The notes beneath the pieces were generated by a model. That model had not been told where the DNA came from and ran no database searches. It saw only the letters and a list, made by a program, of their open reading frames with translations. A program made the position numbers and the translations under genes. 64,000 bases of DNA from Spirochaetia bacterium (GTDB taxonomy: Bacteria > Spirochaetota > Spirochaetia > SZUA-6 > Bin103): the NCBI GenBank assembly GCA_965199955.1, contig CBDATQ010000002.1, forward strand, positions 517,694 through 581,693. Reading direction: 5' to 3'. Below are positions 1 to 8,429 of this stretch, one piece after another. Position 1 is the first letter of the stretch. The number at the start of each line of letters is the position of its first letter.

Positions 1-258
1 TGGTCCGACTTCGACGAGATGATCGAGGTCGCCAACGGCGTGATGTATGGCCTGACGGCGTCGCTGGTCACCAACGACTTCGGCGCCGCGATGCGCGCGG
101 CCGAGCGGTTGCAGGCGGGCTACGTGTGGATCAACTCCTCGGGCCGCTACCTCGGCGCGCCTTACGGCGGCTGGAAGCAGAGCGGGATCGGCAAGGAGGA
201 GTCGTTCGAGGAGTTGCTGAGCCACACGCGCGTCAAGAACATCAACATGCGCTGGTAG
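1..258 (+). CDS. aldehyde dehydrogenase family protein, C-terminal fragment (5' part outside window)
   Basis: Reading frame is open from base 1. Tail ...AGYVWINSSGRYLGAPYGGWKQSGIGKEES... matches the conserved ALDH C-terminus. Confidence 0.75.
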   Translation, partial: WSDFDEMIEVANGVMYGLTASLVTNDFGAAMRAAERLQAGYVWINSSGRYLGAPYGGWKQSGIGKEESFEELLSHTRVKNINMRW

Positions 259-288
259 CTGCGTGAGCCGCGCAATGGGAGCAAACTG

Positions 289-1479
289 ATGGGAATCAGC
301 GTCGCGATGGTCGGGACCGGGGCGTTCGCGCAGGGGTTCATCCCGCTGTTCAAGGCGCACCCGCTGGTCGAGCGGATCGCTCTCTGCGATCTGGACGCCG
401 AGAAGCTCGAGGACAACAAGGCCCGCCACGGGATCGCCGAGTCGTTCCCGTCTCTGGACGAGGTGTGTACCTCCGACTTCGATGCCGCCGTCATCATCAC
501 GCAGCCGTGGTTGCACGGCCCGCAGGCGGTGCAGGCGCTGCGGGCGGGCAAGCACGCCTGGTCGGCGGTGCCGGCGGGACGGACGCTCGACGAGTGCCGG
601 GCGCTGGTGCAGGCGGTGGAGGAGACCGGCCGCATCTACATGATGGCGGAGACCAGCTACTACTACCCGGCGGTCATCTACTGCCGCCGGCGCCATGCCG
701 AGGGGGCGTTCGGCAGCATCGTCTACTCCGAGTGCGAGTACTACCACGACTGGGACCACGGGCTGTACGAGGTGGCCCGCTGGCGGGGCGGGGAACGCTG
801 GCGCTGGAGCGCCGGCGCGCCGCCCATGTACTATCCGACCCACTCCACCAGCCAGATCATGTCGGTGACCGGGGCGCGCATGACGCGCGTCTCCTGCCAG
901 GGATTCGTCGACCACCACTCCGACGCCGTGTACGAGGCGGCCAACAACGAGTACGGCAACACCTTCAGCAACGAGGTCGCGCTGTTCGCGATGTCGGACG
1001 GCAGCGCCTGCCGGGTGAACGAGTTCCGGCGCATCGGCCACCCCGGAGCGGTACGGATGAGCCTGTTCGGGACCGAGGGCTCGTTCGAGGAGGCCGTGGG
1101 CTCGCAGCGGTTCCTGGCCAAGAGCATGGACGACGTGGTGGACGTCTCCGATCTGTTGACCTGCCGCACGGAGCCGGCCGATGCCGACCGCGGCGAGATG
1201 GGGGCCGTGACGTCGCGCGACGGGACGCACCTGGGCTCCGCGCGCATCCACCCGGTGGAGCGGCTGCCGCGCGAGTTCGCCGGGCTGCCCAACGGCCACG
1301 CCGGCGCCCACCAGTTCCTGGTCGACGACTTCGTCCGCTCCTGCCACGAAGGGACGCAGCCGCCCAACCACGTGTGGAACGCCGCCGCCTACACGGTGCC
1401 GGGCATCGTCGCCCACGAGTCGGCGCTCCGTGGCGGCGAGCTGCTCGACATCCCGGAGCTGGGGACGCCGCCCGAGTGA
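289..1479 (+). CDS. Gfo/Idh/MocA family oxidoreductase
   Basis: 396-aa ORF. N-terminal Rossmann-like segment (VAMVGTGAFAQ...) and a C-terminal alpha/beta domain typical of the family. Same family as three other ORFs in the window. Confidence 0.8.
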   Translation: MGISVAMVGTGAFAQGFIPLFKAHPLVERIALCDLDAEKLEDNKARHGIAESFPSLDEVCTSDFDAAVIITQPWLHGPQAVQALRAGKHAWSAVPAGRTLDECRALVQAVEETGRIYMMAETSYYYPAVIYCRRRHAEGAFGSIVYSECEYYHDWDHGLYEVARWRGGERWRWSAGAPPMYYPTHSTSQIMSVTGARMTRVSCQGFVDHHSDAVYEAANNEYGNTFSNEVALFAMSDGSACRVNEFRRIGHPGAVRMSLFGTEGSFEEAVGSQRFLAKSMDDVVDVSDLLTCRTEPADADRGEMGAVTSRDGTHLGSARIHPVERLPREFAGLPNGHAGAHQFLVDDFVRSCHEGTQPPNHVWNAAAYTVPGIVAHESALRGGELLDIPELGTPPE

Positions 1480-1527
1480 TGAAGGCAGTATCGGATATGG
1501 CTCTCGTTGGACGAGTTTCAGGAAGTC

Positions 1528-1671
1528 ATGACTGCACTCGTGCCCGAGTTGATTGCTGCCCATCACGGTGAGGAGGAACTGATGTACCACGAGACAGAGC
1601 GCGCATGGGAGTATGAAAAGAAGGCGGCGTATGGCGAACAACTACTACAGGAGAGTGGTCAGGTTGATTAG
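1528..1671 (+). CDS. hypothetical small protein (47 aa) in low-GC intergenic island
   Basis: ATG preceded by an AGGAAG Shine-Dalgarno-like motif. Glu/Lys-rich, non-Arg/Ala-biased composition (MTALVPELIAAHHGEEELMYHETERAWEYEKKAAYGEQLLQESGQVD). The segment is ~50% GC against a ~70% background. Too short for the ORF track. Confidence 0.2.
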   Translation: MTALVPELIAAHHGEEELMYHETERAWEYEKKAAYGEQLLQESGQVD

Positions 1672-1775
1672 AGGAAACTGGATTTGAACGTCTTCCGAAG
1701 AGCCAGCAACCCTCTGGAAGTCATGAAATATGGAAGAACTCTTTCGGAAGGATTTCCTCGTGCTGGTACACCTTC

Positions 1776-2015
1776 GTGATGGAGAACGTCGGCAGCAACG
1801 CGGAACCTCGGTTCGACCGCCCGCGGCCGATCCGGGACGAGCGGGGAACGCCGGTCAAGGTCTCCCAGCACGAGAGCCACGTGACCGCCTGCGACTGGGA
1901 CGGCGACGGCACCCCCGACCTGATCGTGGGCGGCGAATCGGGCGGGCTTTACGTCTTTCACCACGACTGGGTGAGCGGCATCTACCACCGGGCGGAGGTC
2001 GCGGGAAGCGCGTGA
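1776..2015 (+). CDS. small ORF with an FG-GAP/VCBS-like repeat motif (possible gene remnant)
   Basis: 79-aa ORF containing ...CDWDGDGTPDLIVGGESGGLYVFH... Its TGA stop overlaps the ATG of the downstream sialidase-like gene (ATGA). Confidence 0.3.
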   Translation: MMENVGSNAEPRFDRPRPIRDERGTPVKVSQHESHVTACDWDGDGTPDLIVGGESGGLYVFHHDWVSGIYHRAEVAGSA

Positions 2016-3154
2016 TGGGGCCGATCGAGGTCGTCGGCGAGGTTGCCGTAGCCGCCGGCCCCGTAGCCGCCGGCCCCGGCGCCGCCCACCGGGCGTGGCC
2101 GTCGCTGGAGCGCACGGAAGACGGCGGCCTGGTGGTCGCCTACAAGGTCGGCCCCGACCACCACAAGACCGACGACGGCGTCGTCTGGGTGGCTCGCTCG
2201 GAGGACGGCGGGCTGACGTGGCCGTTCCGCCGGCCGGTGGTCGCCGAGCCGGGGTGGGACGTGTTCACCCATCACGGCCTGACCCGCCTGCGCGACGGCA
2301 GCCTGCTGCTGCACTGCGTGCGTGCCCGCCACCTCGGCGCCGAGGAAGCCGGAGACGCCGGGGAGGGCGCCTTCTTTGCGCGCGGCGCCTTCATCCGCTC
2401 GGAAGACGGCGGCCGGACGTGGCTGCCGCACGGGCCGCCGCTCGAAATGCCGTTCATCAGCGCCACCGGCCGGGGGTTCTGCTACGGGAAGATCCAGGAG
2501 CTGGCCGGCGGCGCGCTGATCGTCCCGTTCTACGGCACACCGGCCGACCGTACCGACGAGCTGCAGCGGGTCCTGGCGATCGTCCGCTCCGACGACGGCG
2601 GCCGCTCGTGGCGGGAGTACTCGTTTGTCTCCGCGGACCCGTCCTCGCCCCTGCGGCCGAGCGAGACCGATCTGCTGCGGCTGGCCGACGGCCGGCTGCT
2701 GGCGGTGGTGCGAGCAAACGCCAGGAAACGGCTGTATTGCGCCTGGTCCGAGGACGACGGGCTCTCCTGGAGCGAGCTCGAGCCCACGCCGATGCCGGGC
2801 CAGTCGCCGGCGCTGCTCGCGCTGGAGTCCGGCGCCATCCTGTGCGCCTACCGCGTACGAACCGCGGAGGCGTTCGGCTTGGGCTGCGCGGTGAGCCGGG
2901 ACGGCGGAGCGACCTGGCAGGTCCTGGGCAGCCTGTACGCCGGCGACAGTGGCGACTGCGCCTACCCGTCGATGGTGACGCTCCCCGACGGCACCGTCTA
3001 TTGCGCGTTCTACACCAGCCCGCGCCCGACCGCCGACGGCCCCGACTCAGAGATCCGCGGACTCATCATCACCGACCCCACGGCGACGGTTTTGGGCGCT
3101 AACCGAAGTTCGCCAGCAGGTACTCCGCGATCGCGTCCTCGACGCTGCGGGTGA
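2015..3154 (+). CDS. BNR/Asp-box repeat glycosyl hydrolase (sialidase-like)
   Basis: Repeated S-x-D-x-G-x-T-W Asp-box motifs (SEDGGLTW, SEDGGRTW, SDDGGRSW, SEDDGLSW, SRDGGATW). Start set at the internal ATG at 2015, coupled to the upstream ORF; the upstream part of the long ORF is Arg-rich junk. Confidence 0.75.
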   Translation: MGPIEVVGEVAVAAGPVAAGPGAAHRAWPSLERTEDGGLVVAYKVGPDHHKTDDGVVWVARSEDGGLTWPFRRPVVAEPGWDVFTHHGLTRLRDGSLLLHCVRARHLGAEEAGDAGEGAFFARGAFIRSEDGGRTWLPHGPPLEMPFISATGRGFCYGKIQELAGGALIVPFYGTPADRTDELQRVLAIVRSDDGGRSWREYSFVSADPSSPLRPSETDLLRLADGRLLAVVRANARKRLYCAWSEDDGLSWSELEPTPMPGQSPALLALESGAILCAYRVRTAEAFGLGCAVSRDGGATWQVLGSLYAGDSGDCAYPSMVTLPDGTVYCAFYTSPRPTADGPDSEIRGLIITDPTATVLGANRSSPAGTPRSRPRRCG

Positions 3155-3611
3155 CGCTCTGCAGGATGAACGTGCGGCCGCCGACTCCGTAGCGGCCGAA
3201 ATTCCAGTCGTACACCATCTCCGGCCGGTCGGTATCCCAGGGCGGACTGAAGTGTATCTCCTGACTGAAGACAAGCTCACCCTCGTCCGGCGCGAAGCAG
3301 GACACGACGATCCGCAGGTGCAGCTCCACGAGCCCGTACTGGGACGTCGCCAGTGCGCCGCGCGCCATCGCAGCGTCCAGAACCCGCTCGACGTCCTCCT
3401 GCCCGATCGGGCAGTCCAGGTCCACGAACACCCGGTACCCGAGCTCGTCGGGGTTCTCCTTGCGGATGGCCTCGTGCAGCCACGACGGTGCGTCGGCATG
3501 CACGCCGGCCGCCACGCAGAACAAGAGAGCCACGGGCGCGAGCCTGAGCGCAGTTGAGATCTTCACGGTCGAGAGCTTCTCCGTCTTCGGAAGACGAGGC
3601 AGCTTCAGCAT
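3099..3611 (-). CDS. hypothetical secreted protein
   Basis: 170-aa ORF with an N-terminal hydrophobic signal-like segment (ALRLAPVALLFCVAAGVHA). No family recognised. Overlaps the 3' end of the convergent sialidase-like gene. Confidence 0.45.
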   Translation of the reverse strand: MLKLPRLPKTEKLSTVKISTALRLAPVALLFCVAAGVHADAPSWLHEAIRKENPDELGYRVFVDLDCPIGQEDVERVLDAAMARGALATSQYGLVELHLRIVVSCFAPDEGELVFSQEIHFSPPWDTDRPEMVYDWNFGRYGVGGRTFILQSVTRSVEDAIAEYLLANFG

Positions 3612-4407
3612 ACCATCGATGTGGCCGCGCCGCGGTTGGCCGGCTTCTGGAACAGGATCTGCTGGCGCGGGGTGAGCGGAACCGAGTCAGGCGGCGGCAC
3701 GCGGCGCGCCGACCAGGCGATGTGGGACTGGCAGTACTTGTAGATGAGGGTGCGGCGCCGGTGGCTGCCCTTCCAGGGCGCGGTGCCGTGTGTCAGCGCC
3801 TCGGAGAACAGGACCACCGACCCCGCCGGCGCCTCGGGAATCACCACGCCGGGCGCCAGGTCGTCCCCGTCCATCATCTCCCAGTGTCCGTGCGTCAACG
3901 CGGAAACCGGGTTGGGGCGGACGAAGTTGCTCTTGTGGCTTCCCGGAACACAACAGAAGCCGCCGTACGCCGGCCCGTGTCCACCAGGTTCCACGACACG
4001 ACGGTGAAGTCGTTCTGAATCAAGCCGTCGCGCACGTGGTAGGACTCGCCCGGCGAGTACGGCGCGTTGCCGCCGTGGAGCTGGCCGAAGTCCATGCCGG
4101 CGTCCATGTTGATGCCGAACAGGCGGTCGATCCGGAACCAGTCGCCGAGCGTGGTCTGCAACAGCGGCATGATCCCGGAGTGGTCGAGCAGATCACAGAA
4201 CGGTGTGCCCCATTCGAGAAATCCCGCCAGCGGCGGCACTTTGCCCGGAGCTATCCCGAAGCGGATCTCCTCCCGTGGCGGCGGCAGGCGCTGGGCGTCG
4301 ATGAGCCGGTTCATTTCGTCGAGCTCGCCCTGGCCCAGGACGCCGGGAATCACCAGGAACCCCGCCAGGTCGAACAGGTAGCGCTGCATCTCCAGATCGC
4401 GGTCCAT
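3605..4407 (-). pseudogene. phytanoyl-CoA dioxygenase (PhyH) family Fe(II)/2OG oxygenase, frameshifted
   Basis: Two adjacent minus-strand ORFs (3895..4407 and 3605..3994) give the N- and C-terminal halves of one PhyH domain. The frame changes between ...VVSWNLVD and GGFCCVPGSHK... near 3950-3995. Either a genuine frameshift or an assembly error. Confidence 0.6.
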
Positions 4408-4447
4408 CGATCCCCTCCGCCCGCCGGCTACGCGGTCGCCGAGCCCG

Positions 4448-5539
4448 CTATCGTGAGTCGGATGCCGTTCCGGTGTCGCCTGCGTCGATTCCGAACCCGG
4501 CCGCCGCGGTGACGAAGCGGTCCCAGATGTCGCGCGCGATCGGGACGCCGTGCCGCTGGCGGTGGGCGCGGGCGCGCGCCTCGGCCAGCCCCGGGTAGAG
4601 CACCCGGTCGTTGCCGGCGGCGGGTGCGCTCTCGCGGATCGAGGCGAGCAGCGCGTCGTTGCCGTTCAGCACTCCCGAGAGCGGCTGGAACAGGTCGGCG
4701 CGCAGCAGCACAAAGGTCACCCCCTGGTGGCTCATGAGCGGCACGCCTTCATCCGGCACCGCGTACGCGTCGGCGCCGGTGAACGATCTGCCGAGCAGCT
4801 CCACCGCCAGCATGATCGCGAACCCCTTGTGACCGCCTGCCTCGCCGCCGAAGGGCAGGTACGCGCCGCCGGCGAAGAAGTCGTCGGGATCGGTGGTGGG
4901 GCGCCCGGCGGAGTCGACGATGCTGGCCGGCGGCAGCCGCTCGCCGCGCGCCTGCGCGTTGGCCACCTTGACCCCGGACAGGGCGGTGGTGGCGAAGTCG
5001 ATGACCACCGGCGCCTCGCGGCCGGCGGGGAAGCCCATGCAGAACGGATTGGTGTCCAGCAGCCGGTCGCGGCCTCCGAACGGTGCGGCGCGCGCGCCGG
5101 TGACCGCGAATCCTCCTGCGCAGATCAGCGAGATCAGTCCCTCCGCGGCGGCCAGCTCCGCGTAATGGCCCAGCCGGCCGATGTGGTTGGCGCGCACCAG
5201 AGCGCCGACGGCCACGCCAGCCTCGCGCGCCAGCGGGATCGCTTCGCGGGTCAGATACTCGGCGGCGACCTGGCCGAAGCAGATCTCCCCGGACACCAGC
5301 AGGCGGCCGGCCTCACGCTCCAGCACGCGCGGCTCGGCTCCGGGCACCAGCTCGCCCCGCTCGATCTCACCCAGGTACTTGGGGGTGTGGAAGATGCCAT
5401 GCGTGTGCACGCCGGCAAGCTCGGCGCCGACCAGGTGCGTCGCCAGCGTGTCGGCGGCCTGCGCGGGGGTGCCGACCGCGGAAGCGACGTGCGTCACCAG
5501 CCGGTGCAGTGCGTCGGGCTGAACGACGACGGTTTCCAT
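4448..5539 (-). CDS. Ldh_2 family (malate/L-lactate/sulfolactate dehydrogenase-like) oxidoreductase
   Basis: Start moved to the internal METVVVQPDALH... The upstream part of the ORF is an Arg-rich extension. Family motifs ...HTHGIFH... and GGEAGGHKGFAIM... are present. Confidence 0.7.
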   Translation of the reverse strand: METVVVQPDALHRLVTHVASAVGTPAQAADTLATHLVGAELAGVHTHGIFHTPKYLGEIERGELVPGAEPRVLEREAGRLLVSGEICFGQVAAEYLTREAIPLAREAGVAVGALVRANHIGRLGHYAELAAAEGLISLICAGGFAVTGARAAPFGGRDRLLDTNPFCMGFPAGREAPVVIDFATTALSGVKVANAQARGERLPPASIVDSAGRPTTDPDDFFAGGAYLPFGGEAGGHKGFAIMLAVELLGRSFTGADAYAVPDEGVPLMSHQGVTFVLLRADLFQPLSGVLNGNDALLASIRESAPAAGNDRVLYPGLAEARARAHRQRHGVPIARDIWDRFVTAAAGFGIDAGDTGTASDSR

Positions 5540-6260
5540 GTGGCTCGGCGGGTATCCTATCAGACCCCCCGGGTGCTGGGGTGGGGCACTACCCGGTCGA
5601 CGGACCGCGGCGGGGTTCCTGCACCCCTTGCACGATTTCGCCGTTCGGTGGCCTCCGGCGGCGAGTCGTCGGTGCCAGTTGCATCCACGGTCGCGGTAGG
5701 CGAGTTGGGTGTCGGCTGGGTCCGGTCCGTCGGTCCCGTGCGACAAGAACGTCGCGTGTTTGTTGTGCGTGTCCTGTTGCTTCGTTCAAGACAGAGCTCA
5801 CGCCGCTGGGCGCATGTCGTTGACCTCCACGTTGAAGCCGAGCCGCTGCAGCCGCATCACGTGATGGTGTTTTAGGTGGTCCACCCCGCTGACGATCGTA
5901 GAAGTCTTCGCCCAGGTCGTCGTAGGTGATCTGATGCTTGATTTAAACGGCTTGCACGGGAGCTGGCGGCGACGGAGGAGGCTGAGTAGGCACCTGCGAA
6001 GTTTGCCGTTCGTCCGAGGCGCGGGCCGGCGCCTCGGTGAGCGCAGGTAATTGATCGGCCGCGCCGGCAGCGCGGACCGCTGTCCAGCTTCATCCGCCCA
6101 GATCCGGGACTCGGTCACTTTCCGGCCGGAGTCGGGAAGCTCTGCGGGAAGCCTGAGAAGCCGGCCGGGGCGACTGCCGCCTCGGCCTGGGACCAGTGGG
6201 ATTGTTCCTGACGGACCGCCGGGAACAGTGTCAGGGTGCAGGCATCAGCCGGTGCGGCGC

Positions 6261-6282
6261 GCTTAGTCCGAAGTTCCAGAGC
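6261..6282. repeat. left terminal inverted repeat of the IS element
   Basis: Read from sequence; matches the reverse complement of 8244-8266 with 2-3 mismatches. Confidence 0.5.
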
Positions 6283-6450
6283 GTGAATCTCTCGTAACTT
6301 CATTGACAGAAATTAGTTGCAAGGTGATCTGCGTGCTGATTGGCGTCGTTTCGTGTCCATGTAGATGGTGGTGAATAGCGGCGAGATACATGCTATTTGA
6401 TCTTGACATATCGTGATTTGTGTGCATGCTGTTGCCACAGATCGGTAGTC

Positions 6451-8181
6451 ATGTACATCGAGTCTGTCCCCAACCGCTCCTCTCCCCCTGCCATCCTGCT
6501 CCGCGAGTCCTACCGCGAGCACGGCAAGGTCAAGAAGCGCACGCTCGCGAACCTCTCCAAATGGCCCCCTGATCTGGTCGACGGCTTGCGCACCCTGCTC
6601 AAGGGCGGCCACGCCTTCGCCTCGGTCTCGGATGCGTTGCTGCTCACGCGCTCGCTGCCCCACGGCCACGTCGCCGCCGTGCTGGGCATCCTCAAGCAGC
6701 TCGGACTCCATACCCTCATCGCCCGCAAGGCCAGCCGCTCGCGCGAGCTGATCATCGCCATGATCACCGCCCGCGTCATCGACGCGCAGTCCAAACTGGC
6801 CACCGCCCGCGCGCTCTCACCGCCCAGCGCCGTGTCCACCCTGGGCGAGTCGCTGCGGTTGGGGGAGGTCGATGAGAACGAGCTCTACGAGGCGATGGAC
6901 TGGTTGGTCGGGCGCCAGGCGGCGATCGAGGACCGCCTGGCCGAACAGCACCTCAGCGAGCACACGCTGGTGCTCTACGACGTGAGCTCGACCTACTTCG
7001 AGGGCAGCCACTGCGAGCTGGCGCAGTTGGGACACAGCCGTGACGGCAAGTCGGGCACGCTGCAGATCGTGTTCGGGCTGCTGTGCACCCAGGAAGGCTG
7101 TCCGGTGGCGGTGGAGGTATTCCCTGGCTCTACCGCCGACCCGAAGACGGTGAGCGCGCAGGTGGACAAGATCCGCACCCGCTTCGGGCTCACGCGGGTG
7201 GTGCTGGTCGGCGACCGCGGGATGCTGAGCGCGGCGAGGATCCGCGAGGACCTGCAAGAGGTGGAGGGGCTGCGCTGGATCACCACGCTGCGCGCGCCGA
7301 CGATCCGCAAGCTGGTGGCCGCCGGCGAGGTGGCGCCGTCGTTGTTCGACGAGCGCGACCTGGCCGAGATCACCAGCGAGGAGTTTCCGGGCGAGCGGCT
7401 GATCGTGTGCCGCAACCCGTTGCTGGCCGACGAACGGGAGCGCAAGCGCCAGGAGCTGCTACAGGCCACCGAGCAGAAGCTGGCCCCGATCGCTCAGGCC
7501 ACCCAGCGCGTCCATCAGCCGCTACGGGGCGAGGCCGAGATCGGCATGCGGGTCGGCAAGGTGATCAATCACTACAAGGTGGGCAAGCACTTCGTGACCG
7601 AGATCACCTCCGAGTCGTTCAGCTTTCGGCGCGATGAGGCCAAGATCGACGCCGAGCAGGCGCTGGACGGGCTGTACATCGTGCGCAGCAACGTGGAGCC
7701 GCAGGTGCTCGACGCGGCGCAGACGGTGCGCGCCTACAAGGGGCTGTCGAAGGTGGAGCGGGCGTTTCGGTGCATGAAGTCCGTGGACCTGAAGGTGCGC
7801 CCGATTCACCACCGGCGCGCGGATCGAGTGCGGGCGCACGTGCTGCTGTGCATGCTGGCCTACTACGTGGAGTGGCACATGCGGCGCTCGTTGGCGCCGT
7901 TGCTGTTCGACGATCACGATCGACAGGGCGCCGAGCGCAAGCGGGTCTCCGAAGTGGCTCCGGCGCAGCGATCGGCGGCCGCGGCGGCCAAGGCGTCGAG
8001 CAAGCGCACCGAGGACGGGTTGCCGGTGCACAGCTTTCGGACGCTGATCACTGAACTGGGCACGCTGACGGCGAACACGATGCAGGTTGCAGAGGGCGGC
8101 AGCACGTTCACGCTGCACACGCACCCGACGCCGGTTCAGCAGCGCTGTTTCGAGCTGCTTGGGGTCACGCCCCGCATGTAG
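6451..8181 (+). CDS. IS1634 family transposase
   Basis: N-terminus MYIESVPNRSSPPAILLRESYREHGKVKKRTLANLSKWP is the hallmark IS1634 transposase start. The long ORF begins at an upstream TTG, but the ATG at 6451 matches the family's N-terminus. Confidence 0.85.
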   Translation: MYIESVPNRSSPPAILLRESYREHGKVKKRTLANLSKWPPDLVDGLRTLLKGGHAFASVSDALLLTRSLPHGHVAAVLGILKQLGLHTLIARKASRSRELIIAMITARVIDAQSKLATARALSPPSAVSTLGESLRLGEVDENELYEAMDWLVGRQAAIEDRLAEQHLSEHTLVLYDVSSTYFEGSHCELAQLGHSRDGKSGTLQIVFGLLCTQEGCPVAVEVFPGSTADPKTVSAQVDKIRTRFGLTRVVLVGDRGMLSAARIREDLQEVEGLRWITTLRAPTIRKLVAAGEVAPSLFDERDLAEITSEEFPGERLIVCRNPLLADERERKRQELLQATEQKLAPIAQATQRVHQPLRGEAEIGMRVGKVINHYKVGKHFVTEITSESFSFRRDEAKIDAEQALDGLYIVRSNVEPQVLDAAQTVRAYKGLSKVERAFRCMKSVDLKVRPIHHRRADRVRAHVLLCMLAYYVEWHMRRSLAPLLFDDHDRQGAERKRVSEVAPAQRSAAAAAKASSKRTEDGLPVHSFRTLITELGTLTANTMQVAEGGSTFTLHTHPTPVQQRCFELLGVTPRM

Positions 8182-8243
8182 CCATGCACAGGAACCTGCA
8201 CCATTGAGAAACTACCCTGACCACAAGGACTTCAGGCAATTTC

Positions 8244-8266
8244 GCTCCTGGAACTTCGGCTTAGTC
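8244..8266. repeat. right terminal inverted repeat of the IS element
   Basis: Reverse complement of the left repeat (shared core ccgaagttccag). Confidence 0.5.
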
Positions 8267-8429
8267 GATGCAGCCCTGCCAGCCGGCGAACCCGGCGTCG
8301 TGCAGTCCGCACCCGGCGATCTGGACGATGGGGTGCAGGAATACCCCGACGGTCGGTTCGTGGGCGGCGATGCGCTAACCTATCACGGCGTTCGGGCCGG
8401 CACGGCGGCCCCGCGTCCTGGGAGGAGCG

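Larger units (their letters stand above)
6261..8266 (+). mobile_element. IS1634-family (IS4-like) insertion sequence, apparently intact
   Basis: Single 576-aa transposase ORF flanked by imperfect ~22-bp terminal inverted repeats: cttagtccgaagttccagagcg at 6261-6282, and its reverse complement cgctcctggaacttcggcttagtc at 8244-8266. Lower-GC leader upstream of the transposase. Confidence 0.65.

Noticed and set aside
2095-3102. 335-aa plus-strand ORF overlapping the sialidase-like gene, and many similar long ORFs (e.g. 465..1571, 9649..11988, 10884..12014, 12011..13531, 15611..16969, 17069..18124, 18647..19954, 22837..24645, 29974..32031, 44696..46633)
   Set aside because: Extremely Arg/Ala/Pro/Gly-rich, no recognisable motifs, and each lies antisense to or out of frame with a well-supported gene. 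These are classic stop-codon-poor alternative frames of 70%-GC DNA.
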